IMG/VR virus record: IMGVR_UViG_3300017917_003637
Coordinates: 1 to 64,000 of that record
Origin: a virus
Length of the DNA stretch: 64,000 nt
Strand: one strand, 5' to 3'
Part shown: positions 47,667-58,695 of the stretch, piece after piece
Position numbering within the stretch: position 1 is the first letter of the stretch
Layout of the letters: every line of letters begins with the position of its first letter
The notes under the pieces: generated by a model
Databases searched by the model: none
Seen by the model: the letters and a program-made list of their open reading frames with translations, nothing else
Told to the model about the DNA's origin: nothing
Made by a program: the position numbers and the translations under genes

Positions 47667-49433
47667 ATGCTAACAGCACAAGAAATATTTAAAGAATATT
47701 CTAAGTGTCTCATGAATCCAATTTATGCGATTGAGACATACTTGGAAACGTTCGATAAGACGCAAGAAGGGTTTGTTCCCTTTAAACTATTTCCTAGACA
47801 AAAGGAGATTATAAACGCATACGAAAAGAACAGATTTAACTTGGTGACAAAACCAAGACAAGCTGGGGTTTCTACCACAACAGCAGCATATATGGCGATA
47901 AAAGTTGGATGGGCCGACGAGGATAACCCAGAAGCGGTTCTTATCATCGCCAACAAACAAGAATTGGCCTTCGAGTTCTTGGCCAAGATTAAAGACTTTT
48001 TATCTCAGTTACCTAGATGGGTTTGGGGTCATGAATATTATGGTAACCCTAAAAACGAGGGTAAATCAATTTTCCTTACCGATTCTAAAAAAGAAATTAA
48101 GTTACCTAACGGTAGTCGTGTTAAAGCAGTTGCAACATCTAAGGATGCTTTGCGTGGTTTTACACCAACCTTCCTTATCATGGATGAGGCTGCGTATATT
48201 GACAACGGAGCTGAGGTATTTGGTGCCGCTCTTACCGCATTAGGTACTGGGGGTAGAGCTACACTTATTTCTACACCTAACGGTATGGACCCATTATACT
48301 ACAAAACATATGACCAAGCAAGAACCAAAAAGAACAATTTCAACATTATTGAAATGAAATGGTATGAAGACTTGCGTTACAACAAAGACTTGAGATGGGT
48401 TAAGGGTGATGATATTGAAAAAGAAATATATTTTACTTTTGAATCCTATCAAAGAAGAATTGCAGATGGTTGGAAACCCACATCAAGCTGGTACGAAGAG
48501 ATGTGTATGGGTATGAACAACGATGCCCGTATGATTGCCCAAGAGCTTGATGTATCGTTTATTGGTTCTGGGGGTAATGTGATTAGTGAAGAATTTATCG
48601 AATACCACGAGAAAAACAATGTGTTGGAACCTAAGATAACCATGGGTCTTGAAAATGAGATATGGATATGGGAAGAACCACAGGAAGGACACCAATACAT
48701 TATGGGTGTTGACGTTTCTAGAGGTGATGGTGAGGATAGTTCTACGATTGTAATAATTGATTTTACGACCATGGAACAAGTAATGGAGTATCAAGGTAAG
48801 ATTCAACCAGACTTATTGGCTCAAATCGTTGAGGAATACGGTGAATTGTATGAGGCCTATACTGTTGTCGATGTTACTGGTGGTATGGGTGTGTCAACAG
48901 TTCTTAAATTACTTGAATTTAATTATAAGAGATTGCACTACGATGACGCAACTGGTAAAATTTTATCGGCTAGACAAAGAGAATTAAATAGCCATTTGAA
49001 GAAGGATAAAATCCCAGGATTTCACGCAACAAATGTTCGTGTACCGATGATTTCAAATTTGGAATATAAAATTAGAACCAATGCTATCAAGATACGTTCT
49101 AGTCGCTTGACTTCAGAAATGAAAACATTTATTTATAAGAATGGTAGACCTGACCACATGGAAGGTTATCATGATGACTTACTTATGTCATTGGCAATGT
49201 GTCTTTGGGTTATGGAACACTCATTTAAAAAACTTGAAAGACTAGAGAAACAAAATAAAGCGATATTAAATAGTTGGCTTAGTGGTGCGAATGTTTCGTC
49301 AACACCAACGATTAGAGATAAAGACCCAAATACTGGGAATATTACACAGAAAATAAACCCCACACATACTGCATATAAAAATGTTCAAGACCCTAGAGGT
49401 CAGTATTCGTGGTTATTTGCTAAACCAAGATAA
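47667..49433 (+). CDS. terL: terminase large subunit (T4 gp17-like)
   Basis: KPRQAGVST, LIMDEAA, STPNG, GVDVSRGDGEDSS, HDDLLMS. Confidence 0.95.
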   Translation: MLTAQEIFKEYSKCLMNPIYAIETYLETFDKTQEGFVPFKLFPRQKEIINAYEKNRFNLVTKPRQAGVSTTTAAYMAIKVGWADEDNPEAVLIIANKQELAFEFLAKIKDFLSQLPRWVWGHEYYGNPKNEGKSIFLTDSKKEIKLPNGSRVKAVATSKDALRGFTPTFLIMDEAAYIDNGAEVFGAALTALGTGGRATLISTPNGMDPLYYKTYDQARTKKNNFNIIEMKWYEDLRYNKDLRWVKGDDIEKEIYFTFESYQRRIADGWKPTSSWYEEMCMGMNNDARMIAQELDVSFIGSGGNVISEEFIEYHEKNNVLEPKITMGLENEIWIWEEPQEGHQYIMGVDVSRGDGEDSSTIVIIDFTTMEQVMEYQGKIQPDLLAQIVEEYGELYEAYTVVDVTGGMGVSTVLKLLEFNYKRLHYDDATGKILSARQRELNSHLKKDKIPGFHATNVRVPMISNLEYKIRTNAIKIRSSRLTSEMKTFIYKNGRPDHMEGYHDDLLMSLAMCLWVMEHSFKKLERLEKQNKAILNSWLSGANVSSTPTIRDKDPNTGNITQKINPTHTAYKNVQDPRGQYSWLFAKPR

Positions 49434-49434
49434 A

Positions 49435-49701
49435 ATGGCAATAGATAGAAGAACTGTAGGTAACACAGCACCTAAAAAAAATGTGTTTGTTAGAAAAACA
49501 GGTGGTTTTGATGTATATAAATGGTCACCACAACCAAATAATTTTCAAAGGAAAGTACAAGTACCAAAACCAGTATATTTTTGCACAGCAAAAGCTGGTA
49601 CACAAGGTGAAGATAGCGTAACAACTTACGTTTATAATGTAATTATAGTTGACGGGGCTATTAATAAGATAGCTTATGTTGCTTGTAATTATGTTGTCTA
49701 A
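49435..49701 (+). CDS. hypothetical protein
   Basis: ATG at 49435 immediately after the terL stop. Confidence 0.6.
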   Translation: MAIDRRTVGNTAPKKNVFVRKTGGFDVYKWSPQPNNFQRKVQVPKPVYFCTAKAGTQGEDSVTTYVYNVIIVDGAINKIAYVACNYVV

Positions 49702-49746
49702 GTATTTAATTTCCAAGAAAAAACACTATATTAAAGATAAAAAATT

Positions 49747-51807
49747 ATGGCAAAAGAAAATTTAACAATATTTCAAAGGTTAAACAGAGTTGTTAACCCT
49801 AATTACAATCCACCACAAAAACAAACCACACAACGTTTTAATTTGGGTGGTGGTGAGTTGCTTAAGACTACAAGCAAAGCTGAATATGAATCGGCTAAAT
49901 TACAAGCACAACAAAATAAATACTTACAAAGCACATGGAAACGAGTTGAAAACGGTTTGTTTCAACAATCAATAAATTATGAAACAACTCGTGTTGGTTC
50001 TTATTCTGATTTTGAAGCCATGGAGTTTTACCCGACAATTGCTGCTGCGTTGGATGTGATGATGGAGGAATCTACCACGGTAAACGATAGAGGTAGAGTG
50101 CTTAATATTTATTCAGATAGCAAGCGTGTTAAGGGTATTCTTGAGGATTTATTTTTTAACAGACTAGATTTACACACTACGTTACCAATGTGGGTTAGAA
50201 ACACATGTAAATATGGTGATAATTTTGTCTACTTAAATATCAATGATAGACAAGGTATTGTATCCGCAAAACAAATGCCTAACTATGAAATGGAGCGTAG
50301 AGAAGCTGGGTTATATGATTTGGTTAGTGGTAGAGAATATTCTGATAACCAAGATGAAAATAAAGACAGAGTAAAATTCTATTGGAGAGGTCGTGATATT
50401 GAATTTAACTCATGGCAAATCGCCCATTTCCGTTTGTTAGGCGATGATAGACGTTTACCATACGGTACCTCGGTGTTAGAAAAAGCAAGACGTATTTGGA
50501 AACAACTTATCTTATCTGAAGACTCTATGCTTGTATATCGTGTAACTAGAGCACCAGAAAGACGTGTATATAAAATATATGTTGGTAACATTGATGATGC
50601 TGACGTTGAACAATACGTGAACGCGATTGCTGATAGATTTAAGCGTATGCCAATTATTGACCCTCAAACTGGACAAATTGACTTGAGATATAACCAATTA
50701 TCAAACGACCAAGATTTCTTTATCCCAGTTAGAGATGAGAGCGCTCCGAATCCAATTGATACGTTACCAGGTGCTGCCAATTTGGACCAAATTGCAGATA
50801 TTCAATACTTACAAGGTAACTTATTTACTGCTTTGCGTGTTCCTAAACCATTCTTAGGTTTTGAAGAAGCAACTGGTGAAGGGAAAAATCTTGCTTTGCA
50901 AGATATACGTTTTTCTAGAACCATAAACCGTATTCAACAATCTATGCTTCAAGAGTTAAACAAGATAGCAATTATTCATTTGTTTATTCTTGGATTTGAA
51001 GAAGATTTAGATAATTTTACGCTTACACTTAATAATCCATCAACACAAGCGGAAATGCTTAAAGTTGAACACATGCAAACCAAAGTTACTCTTGTTAAAG
51101 ATTCTGTTACTGATATCGGAAATGGTTTTGGTGTTATGTCTTGGACCAGAGCTCACAGAGAAATATTGGGTTGGTCTGACGATGAAATCAAACAAGACTT
51201 ACTTGAACAACGTATGGAGAAAGCCGCTGCTGCTGAATTACAAAATACAGCCGCAGTTATTAAACATACTGGTATGTTTGATGCCGTTGATAAAATATAC
51301 GGTGATTACCAAGCCGCTCTTAAAGGCGCTGAAGGTGGTGAAGCCGCTGGCGGAGAAGCTGGTGGCGGAGGCGGAGGCTTCGGCGGTGGTGGTCTAGGTG
51401 GTGAAGATTTAGACTTTGGAGCTGAGGGTGGTGCTGAAGGTGGTGAAGAAGCTGCTGGTGGTGAAGAAGCTGCTGGTTTTGGAGGTGAAGCTGGTGCCGC
51501 TCCTGAGGCTGGTGCCGCTCCTGAGGCTGGTGCAACACCTGAAGCTGGTGGTGAAACACCAGAAGGTTTAGCTGAATCACTTAAAAAAACTGAAAAAGTC
51601 TTAACAGAAAGAAAAGAATACTTGGCTAAAAAGTTAAATGAAAGGAACCAAAAATATCAAAAAAGATTTGTTGATGTATTGGTGGAATCTGTTAAGGAAA
51701 AAAACGGAAATGAAGATGTTAGTGTTAAAATATATGACAAGAACGTTAAAATTAACGAAGACGTTAACAATATGATAAATGACATAAATAAAATGTTGGA
51801 TGAATAA
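49747..51807 (+). CDS. gp20: portal protein (T4 gp20-like)
   Basis: EDSMLVYRVTRAPERRVYKIYVGN, DFFIPVR, IDTLPG, ALRVPK. Confidence 0.93.
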   Translation: MAKENLTIFQRLNRVVNPNYNPPQKQTTQRFNLGGGELLKTTSKAEYESAKLQAQQNKYLQSTWKRVENGLFQQSINYETTRVGSYSDFEAMEFYPTIAAALDVMMEESTTVNDRGRVLNIYSDSKRVKGILEDLFFNRLDLHTTLPMWVRNTCKYGDNFVYLNINDRQGIVSAKQMPNYEMERREAGLYDLVSGREYSDNQDENKDRVKFYWRGRDIEFNSWQIAHFRLLGDDRRLPYGTSVLEKARRIWKQLILSEDSMLVYRVTRAPERRVYKIYVGNIDDADVEQYVNAIADRFKRMPIIDPQTGQIDLRYNQLSNDQDFFIPVRDESAPNPIDTLPGAANLDQIADIQYLQGNLFTALRVPKPFLGFEEATGEGKNLALQDIRFSRTINRIQQSMLQELNKIAIIHLFILGFEEDLDNFTLTLNNPSTQAEMLKVEHMQTKVTLVKDSVTDIGNGFGVMSWTRAHREILGWSDDEIKQDLLEQRMEKAAAAELQNTAAVIKHTGMFDAVDKIYGDYQAALKGAEGGEAAGGEAGGGGGGFGGGGLGGEDLDFGAEGGAEGGEEAAGGEEAAGFGGEAGAAPEAGAAPEAGATPEAGGETPEGLAESLKKTEKVLTERKEYLAKKLNERNQKYQKRFVDVLVESVKEKNGNEDVSVKIYDKNVKINEDVNNMINDINKMLDE

Positions 51808-51850
51808 GTATTTTGCTTTAAAACTTCATATTTATTAATAAAAATTAGTT

Positions 51851-52636
51851 ATGCAAAATTTTGGAAAAATAAAAAACGCTTTTAGTGAAATTTTGGCCGA
51901 GGGAATAGCTTCAAACGATGTAGCAAAAAAGAACTTGTTCAAAAAATATGTTAAGACACTTAAAGAAAGCGAAATATTAAAAACACAATTTTTGGTTTAC
52001 GAAAATATTGAAAACGTGGTAGAAAATGACCAGTTTTCAGCTAACTTGATTGTTAATGAAAATTTATCATTATTAAACAAGTTCAAGAAAAAAGACATCT
52101 TAAAAGAAAACCAAAAATTAATTGAACTGTCTGATGAAGTTAAAGCTAAATTAGATGAGTCATATGAAGAAAGAATATCAAATTTACATGAGTCATTAAG
52201 TAGTTTATTGTTTTTAGATAAATCAGCTAAGACTGTAAATGAAATCGCTAAGAATACAAAGAATGTTTTGGATTACATCACAACTAATAAAGTTAAAACA
52301 GTTGATGAGTCTTACGACGTCCCTAATAGTATGCTTAGCTCAATTCTTGTTGAGAAATACAACGAAAGATATTCTGATTTAACAGAATCAGAAAAAGAAG
52401 TAATCAAAATTTTAATTGAATCAACGGATGAACAAAAAATTGAGTTGTATTCAAAAATTTCAAACGAATGTATCGATTTAATTGATTCTAAACTAAATGA
52501 ATCTGATTTGGAGACAAAAGACAGATTATTAAGAGTTAAGGATAAATTGTTGAGAACAAGAGTTAAAATTGATGAGGATTTTTCTAAAAACATATCAAAA
52601 TTAGTTGATTTAAAAAAAACCTTAGATAACGAATAA
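51851..52636 (+). CDS. hypothetical helical protein (head module)
   Basis: Between portal and protease; ATATTTAT upstream. Confidence 0.75.
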   Translation: MQNFGKIKNAFSEILAEGIASNDVAKKNLFKKYVKTLKESEILKTQFLVYENIENVVENDQFSANLIVNENLSLLNKFKKKDILKENQKLIELSDEVKAKLDESYEERISNLHESLSSLLFLDKSAKTVNEIAKNTKNVLDYITTNKVKTVDESYDVPNSMLSSILVEKYNERYSDLTESEKEVIKILIESTDEQKIELYSKISNECIDLIDSKLNESDLETKDRLLRVKDKLLRTRVKIDEDFSKNISKLVDLKKTLDNE

Positions 52637-52651
52637 AAAAACCAATAGTTT

Positions 52652-52873
52652 ATGGACAAGTTTCAAAATATAGCGCCTAGCGAAAATATCTTAAAATTAA
52701 GAAAACTAACAGAGCAAATTTGTTCTGTTGAACCAAAGGATGAGTGTCTGATGAATGAATTAAAATTGATTATTGATAAAGGGACTGAAGCTATATTATC
52801 GTCTAAAACTGAAAGAACAAAATTGAAATATTACGAAAATATGTTTTTAGAAATAAAAAAACTTATAGATTAA
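52652..52873 (+). CDS. hypothetical protein
   Basis: ORF in operon. Confidence 0.6.
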   Translation: MDKFQNIAPSENILKLRKLTEQICSVEPKDECLMNELKLIIDKGTEAILSSKTERTKLKYYENMFLEIKKLID

Positions 52874-52885
52874 AATTTATAAACA

Positions 52886-53221
52886 ATGGCAGAAAATAAA
52901 GACACTTGGGCTGATTACAGTAAATTAGTATTGAAAGAGTTGGAACGTTTAAACGAGAATCATGAAAAAATGCGTTCAGATTTTGATTCTAGACTTAATG
53001 AAATGAATCTTAAATTAAATGATGTTAAGGGTATAGAAAAAAGTGTAAATCAAAATAGTGAGTGGATTCAAAAGGTAAATGATATTTGGTCACCAGTACA
53101 AATGAAAGAAGCTAAAGACGAACTTTATAGACAAAAAAATCGTTGGGTAGCGGTTATCGCTATCATGAGTTTCATTCAAGTAATAATGGGTGTTATATTA
53201 TCACTTTGGGGTAAAATTTAA
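52886..53221 (+). CDS. coiled-coil protein with C-terminal transmembrane helix
   Basis: Heptads followed by WVAVIAIMSFIQVIMGVILSLW. Confidence 0.65.
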   Translation: MAENKDTWADYSKLVLKELERLNENHEKMRSDFDSRLNEMNLKLNDVKGIEKSVNQNSEWIQKVNDIWSPVQMKEAKDELYRQKNRWVAVIAIMSFIQVIMGVILSLWGKI

Positions 53222-53269
53222 TTTGACTTTTACCAGGTAATTTCTTATATTTGTATAAAATACAAACAT

Positions 53270-53713
53270 ATGAAATCAGGAAAACAAATTAAGATGGAAA
53301 ATTACAAAAATTACAATATAACCTACGGTTGTGTTGACAACAAGAACCCTAAATCTGTCTTTATAAACATCACAGCATGGGTAGAACCATTATCAGAAGA
53401 AGAAGAGGATTATAATAAAATTATAAAATCTCTTAACAAAAAAATTAGACAATCAGTTTATAACTTTTTGTCAACCAATAACACAACTTCTTTTGTTAAA
53501 GATAAAACAATAGTTGATTTGGACCTTAGGGAATCTGGAATCAAATTTGGAAAAAGAAGTTTTATGAGTTGTGAGGTTACTCTATTTCAAAATGAGGATA
53601 ATAGTATCAACTCAGACATTGTTAAAAAAGGATTAAATTTAATATCAAATCTTGTAATAGATGAGATATTTGAAAACGATGAAGATTTTAAATATCATAA
53701 AAGAAAACAGTAA
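53270..53713 (+). CDS. hypothetical protein
   Basis: Host-type promoter at 53222; terminator 53720-53748. Confidence 0.75.
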   Translation: MKSGKQIKMENYKNYNITYGCVDNKNPKSVFINITAWVEPLSEEEEDYNKIIKSLNKKIRQSVYNFLSTNNTTSFVKDKTIVDLDLRESGIKFGKRSFMSCEVTLFQNEDNSINSDIVKKGLNLISNLVIDEIFENDEDFKYHKRKQ

Positions 53714-53787
53714 AAATTAAACCCAGCCCTTAAAAGCTGGGTTTTTTTATTTGATGAACATATTTATATCTATAAGAGTTTAATATT

Positions 53788-54513
53788 ATGGATATAAATT
53801 ATAAAGACTTTAGAATACTTAAGAGAGGTGAATCTGGTTGGGGTGGCCTTATTGAGCACGATGCTGGGTATATTAGCCCAGATGAACCTAGAAACCAACC
53901 ATTCATCAACGAAATCAAAAAACTAGACGGTGGCAGCAAATTAGCCATAGTCGAGCCGTTAATCGTATATGTAGTACTTCAAAAATACGGAATCCTTAAT
54001 CGTAACGGTAGGGTATATCCAGAATCAGTATTAAAAAAACAAGTTAATCTTTATCAAGAAGCAATTCGTGAGCGTAGAGCGGTTGGTGAATTAGACCACC
54101 CAGAATCTTCAATTATTGCTGGTGATAGAATTTCACATAATATTATTGAAACTTGGTGGGAAGGACAAACCCTTATGGGTAAGATGGAAATCCTTATGAC
54201 TCCAGGTTTTATAAACTATGGTATTGTATCAACTAAGGGTGATGAGGTTGCAAACTTATTGAGAAACAGAATCAAGATTGGAGTTTCTTCTAGAGGTGTT
54301 GGTTCGCTTAAAGAAGGTAAAAACGGAGAACAAATAGTACAAGATGATTTTGAAATTATTTGTTGGGATGTGGTTACAGCACCTTCAACTCCAGATGCTT
54401 GGATTGGCCGTAGCGCTGAAGAAATGAAGCCATATGTTGAAAACACTGAAGTTAAAAAACCAATTATCAAAGAAACACTTAAGGATAACTTAGATAAATT
54501 TTTAGCTGATTAA
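53788..54513 (+). CDS. gp21: prohead core protease (T4 gp21-like)
   Basis: NRNGRVYP, GELDHP, GVSSRGVGS, WDVVTAPSTPDA. Confidence 0.93.
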   Translation: MDINYKDFRILKRGESGWGGLIEHDAGYISPDEPRNQPFINEIKKLDGGSKLAIVEPLIVYVVLQKYGILNRNGRVYPESVLKKQVNLYQEAIRERRAVGELDHPESSIIAGDRISHNIIETWWEGQTLMGKMEILMTPGFINYGIVSTKGDEVANLLRNRIKIGVSSRGVGSLKEGKNGEQIVQDDFEIICWDVVTAPSTPDAWIGRSAEEMKPYVENTEVKKPIIKETLKDNLDKFLAD

Positions 54514-54633
54514 CACAAAATAATTAATTTTTTTAGCTAAAAAGTGATTTTTGCTAAAAACACACATATTTATTAACAAATGAGTTAACACTCACTATTT
54601 ATCTAATAAAAAAATTATCTTAATTAAAAAGAA

Positions 54634-55890
54634 ATGGCAGATAAAAAATCAATACTTGAAGAAGCCCTTTTGGATATCAATCATATTCAAAATGCTCTTA
54701 ATGCTAATACCAAAGAAATACTTCGTTCGGTAGCGAAAGAAGAAATTAACGGTGTTGTGAAAGAGTCTCTAGAAGAAGAGATTTACGAAGAAGAAGAAGT
54801 AGAGGAAACTATGGATGAAGCTACTGAAGAAGTAGAAGAAACTATGGATGAATCTATGGAAGAAATTGAAGAAGGTTATATGGAAGAAGAAGGTGACCTT
54901 GAAGAAGGCGACCTTGAAGAAGAAAGCATGGATGAAGACATGGATGAACTTGATATGACTGACGCATCAGATGATGAAGTTATTGCTATCTACAAAAAAA
55001 TGAGTGGTGATGATGAAATCGAAATTGTAGGCGATGAATTACGCTTAAACATTTCAGAACCAGGTGAATACGTTGTTAAACTTAACGGCGCTGACGAAAT
55101 GGGTGACGAAGACATGGAAGATGAATTAGAATTGGAACCAGCTGACGATATTATGGGTGGTGACGATGAAGAAGACATGGACATGGATATTGAAGATACC
55201 GATGAAGAAGGTGACGAAGAAGATTTTGACTACGAAATCGAAATGGATGACGAGGAAGACATGGGCGACGAAGAAGACGACATGGAAGATGAAGAATCTA
55301 TGGATGACGAAGAAATGGGTGACGAAGAAGAGGAAGAAGAAATTGAAGAATCTTTGGGATACACAAGAGGTTATGCTGGTAGACAAGGCGCTAGAAAAAA
55401 TGGTGCTGCTCACTTACCAAAACCTAAATCTGAAAGTGTAAATGAAACAATCGCTGCAAAAAAATTAGTTTCTGAAACAGCTAAAAAATATAATGCTTTA
55501 TTAACTGAAGCAACTAAACTTAAAGCTGAGAATAATGAATTCAGAGCAGCTCTTAAAGAGTTTAGAACAAAATTGGTAGAAACTGTAGTTTTCAATAGCA
55601 ATTTAACTTACGTAACTAAATTGTTTATGGAACACTCAACAACCAAAGGTGAAAAAGATTCAATCCTTAAAAGATTTGATGATGTAACTAGCCTTAAAGA
55701 ATCAAAAAAACTTTATAAAACTATTGCTAACGAATTGGAGTCTAGAAAACCAATTTCAGAATCAGTAGAAAATAAAATCATTAAAGAAGCTACTAGTGGT
55801 GTATCAAAACAAATTGTAGAAAGCACCGCTTATGTAGACCCTTCAACAAAGAGAATCATGGATTTGATTAACAGAGTTGAAAGAAGATAA
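54634..55890 (+). CDS. prohead scaffold/core protein (gp22-like)
   Basis: Very acidic, many L/I/M-x-E sites, lies between protease and capsid genes. Confidence 0.8.
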   Translation: MADKKSILEEALLDINHIQNALNANTKEILRSVAKEEINGVVKESLEEEIYEEEEVEETMDEATEEVEETMDESMEEIEEGYMEEEGDLEEGDLEEESMDEDMDELDMTDASDDEVIAIYKKMSGDDEIEIVGDELRLNISEPGEYVVKLNGADEMGDEDMEDELELEPADDIMGGDDEEDMDMDIEDTDEEGDEEDFDYEIEMDDEEDMGDEEDDMEDEESMDDEEMGDEEEEEEIEESLGYTRGYAGRQGARKNGAAHLPKPKSESVNETIAAKKLVSETAKKYNALLTEATKLKAENNEFRAALKEFRTKLVETVVFNSNLTYVTKLFMEHSTTKGEKDSILKRFDDVTSLKESKKLYKTIANELESRKPISESVENKIIKEATSGVSKQIVESTAYVDPSTKRIMDLINRVERR

Positions 55891-55925
55891 TAATAACAAC
55901 CCAAAAAATAAAAACTTAAAAAACT

Positions 55926-57785
55926 ATGTCACATTTATTGACTTCAGGACAAGTTGGTAACATCGGATTAAACCACATGAAGGCTATCCGTTTGGAAACC
56001 CAACAAAAATGGGACTCTTTAGGATTCTTAGATGGTCTTAAAGGTCACGTTAAAGAAAATATTGCTCAGTTATATGAAAACCAAGCTTCAAACTTGTTAA
56101 CTGAGGCAACTAACGCTACATCATCTGGTTCTTTCGAGACTGTAGTATTCCCAATCGTAAGAAGAGTTTTCTCAAAATTATTAGCTAACGACGTAGTATC
56201 TGTACAAGCTATGAACATGCCAATTGGTAAATTGTTCTACTTTGTGCCTCTTACTTCAGAGCGTGTAAACGCTGCTGGTCAAGGTGGTGACCCATATGCT
56301 ACAACTGCATCTAGTGATGTTTGGTCTACTAACCCAGTATACTCTGCTCACACTTCAATGGGTAACGAAGGTATTCCATCATGTGTTAAAGCTGCTGGTA
56401 GTACTTGTACTGTAACTCCATTTGCTGCTAAAAACTTGTACGATATATTCTACAACGATGGTTTATTCGATAACTCAAAAGGTACTCTTACAATTAAGAC
56501 TGCTAGCCCACTAGGTGTTTACACTTTAGGTACTGACGGTGCTTTCAGTATTGTAACTGGTACTGGTACTACTTTACCTACAGCTGCTGACGGTTCTGTT
56601 AGAAGCGTAATTGTTGCTCTTTCTGGTTTCTCAGGTGGTGCAGGTTCTAACGGTAGAGAAGTGTTGACAGGTCCTGATGGAAACAACATGGATACTGAAT
56701 CATTCTTAGCGTCTCTTCACGTAATCGCTGGTTCTACATTGTTAGACGCAGATGGTAACGCTGTTGTTGCTATCAACAAAGAAGTTCCATTCCGTCTTGT
56801 TACTCAAAGATACGGTGTTGGTATCGTTTCTGGTCCTAACGTTGTAACTGATGGTAACGGTGTATGTTGGTTAGAGTTAGATTTGACTCACCCAGTTGGT
56901 ACTTCTGCTACTGCTGGTGCATCTTACCCAGGTACTGCAACTTATGATGGTTATGTAGGTGTTTCTGCAACAACATTCCCTTCATTCTCAGGTTTCAGTG
57001 CTGCATGGGCTGAATACGCAACATTAGAGTTCGAAACAGAAATGGGTGAAGTATCATTCAGACTTGATGAAGTTGTTGTTTCTGTAGAAGAAAGAAAATT
57101 AAGAGCTACTTGGTCTCCAGAGTTAGCACAAGACGTTAGTGCATTCCACAACATCGATGCTGAAGCTGAGTTGACAGCTATGTTGTCAGAACAAGTTGCT
57201 GCTGAGATTGACCGTGAAATCCTTAGAGATTTACGTAAAGCTGCTGCATGGCAATTGCGTTGGGACTACAACGGATGGAGAAAAACTTCAACTGCTGCTC
57301 AACCATATACTCAAAAAGAGTGGAACCAAACTTTAATTACTAAAGTTAACCAAATTTCTGCTCAAATCCATAAATCTACACTTAGAGGTGGTGCTAACTT
57401 CATCGTTGTATCTTCAGAGATTTCTGCAATCTTCGACGACTTAGAATACTTCCACGTGTCAGACGCTAACCCTGAGCAAGACCAATACAACATGGGTATT
57501 GAGAGAATCGGTTCATTAGGTGGTAGATATCAAGTATATCGTGACCCATATGCACCAGCATACTCAATCATCATCGGTCACAAAGGTAAATCATTATTGG
57601 ACACTGGTTACATCTACGCTCCGTATGTACCATTACAGTTGACTCCAACAATGTATAACCCATTCAACTTTGCTCCAGTGAAAGGTATCATGACTCGTTA
57701 CGCTAAAAAAGTGGTTAACAACAGATTCTATGGTCACTTGAGAGTTGATGGTGTACAAACCTTCAACATCAATGAATTAAGATAA
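55926..57785 (+). CDS. gp23: major capsid protein (T4 gp23-like)
   Basis: VQAMNMPIG, RKLRATWSPELAQD, AEIDREI, YAPYVPL, GIMTRYA. Confidence 0.95.
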   Translation: MSHLLTSGQVGNIGLNHMKAIRLETQQKWDSLGFLDGLKGHVKENIAQLYENQASNLLTEATNATSSGSFETVVFPIVRRVFSKLLANDVVSVQAMNMPIGKLFYFVPLTSERVNAAGQGGDPYATTASSDVWSTNPVYSAHTSMGNEGIPSCVKAAGSTCTVTPFAAKNLYDIFYNDGLFDNSKGTLTIKTASPLGVYTLGTDGAFSIVTGTGTTLPTAADGSVRSVIVALSGFSGGAGSNGREVLTGPDGNNMDTESFLASLHVIAGSTLLDADGNAVVAINKEVPFRLVTQRYGVGIVSGPNVVTDGNGVCWLELDLTHPVGTSATAGASYPGTATYDGYVGVSATTFPSFSGFSAAWAEYATLEFETEMGEVSFRLDEVVVSVEERKLRATWSPELAQDVSAFHNIDAEAELTAMLSEQVAAEIDREILRDLRKAAAWQLRWDYNGWRKTSTAAQPYTQKEWNQTLITKVNQISAQIHKSTLRGGANFIVVSSEISAIFDDLEYFHVSDANPEQDQYNMGIERIGSLGGRYQVYRDPYAPAYSIIIGHKGKSLLDTGYIYAPYVPLQLTPTMYNPFNFAPVKGIMTRYAKKVVNNRFYGHLRVDGVQTFNINELR

Positions 57786-57807
57786 TCTAATCTTATATAA
57801 ACTTAAA

Positions 57808-57834
57808 AAAGGCTACCAAACGGTGGCCTTTTTT
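57808..57834 (+). terminator. intrinsic terminator after capsid gene
   Basis: AAAGGCTACC-AAAC-GGTGGCCTTT plus T run. Confidence 0.8.
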
Positions 57835-57856
57835 ATTTTATGAAATATTTATAGAT

Positions 57857-58636
57857 ATGAAAGAATTTATAAAAAAACTACTTAGAGAAGGGTTAGAAGA
57901 ATTAACACCTGAGGAATTGGAACAAATAAATGTGATAGTTAATAGGGAAATGATTCAAGCCAAAGAACGAATAGAAGAATTAAAACACGAGTTAGATACA
58001 ACTCATAAGGTGTTGGATTCAATATTAACAGCCATGGCTAGTGGTAAACTTGAAGGTGTTCCTACTGATTATGTTTTAAATATGAAAAAAGAAAAAGAGA
58101 ATAGAATTCATCAATTAGAAACATACATAAACAATTGGGAAAAAACCGATAGACAAGAAATCTTTAATAGAGTTTCCACTCAGTACTTAGCTAACAAAAA
58201 ATACGAACAAGAAAGACGTAAGGCTAGAGAGTCTAGAACATTTGGTAAAGAAGACATCATAAATTTATTTGTAGACGCTTTAGAGGGTGGTTCTAACTAT
58301 TGGTATGAAATACGTCATTTACCTAAAGAAGTTCGATATAAAGCAAACGAAATGGGTGAATCGGTATCTGAAGCCATAGGTGAATATATTCTTCAAGGTG
58401 GTTATGTTCAATTTTATGATGCTGAGGAAGAATATGACGACGATGATTATCAAGAAAAATATTCTGATAAAGGATTATTGGGTACAGTTGATATGAACTC
58501 AATACTGGAAGCAATAACAATAATAAAAAAAGATTACCCAGAAGTTTGGGAAAATATACTTGATGAGCAATATGATGCTAACGATGCTGATATATTTTTA
58601 CAGTTGTGTGTAATGGGTGAAGTGGTATTTGGATAA
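57857..58636 (+). CDS. hypothetical protein with IKKLLRE tag
   Basis: ATATTTAT at 57845; coiled coil then an ALEGGSNYW domain. Confidence 0.75.
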   Translation: MKEFIKKLLREGLEELTPEELEQINVIVNREMIQAKERIEELKHELDTTHKVLDSILTAMASGKLEGVPTDYVLNMKKEKENRIHQLETYINNWEKTDRQEIFNRVSTQYLANKKYEQERRKARESRTFGKEDIINLFVDALEGGSNYWYEIRHLPKEVRYKANEMGESVSEAIGEYILQGGYVQFYDAEEEYDDDDYQEKYSDKGLLGTVDMNSILEAITIIKKDYPEVWENILDEQYDANDADIFLQLCVMGEVVFG

Positions 58637-58641
58637 ATAAT

Positions 58642-58666
58642 AAAAGGGCCTAAGTTAGGCCCTTTT
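58642..58666. terminator. bidirectional terminator
   Basis: AAAAGGGCCTAA-G-TTAGGCCCTTTT. Confidence 0.8.
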
Positions 58667-58695
58667 AATTTATATACGTTAACATGTTTAATTAT

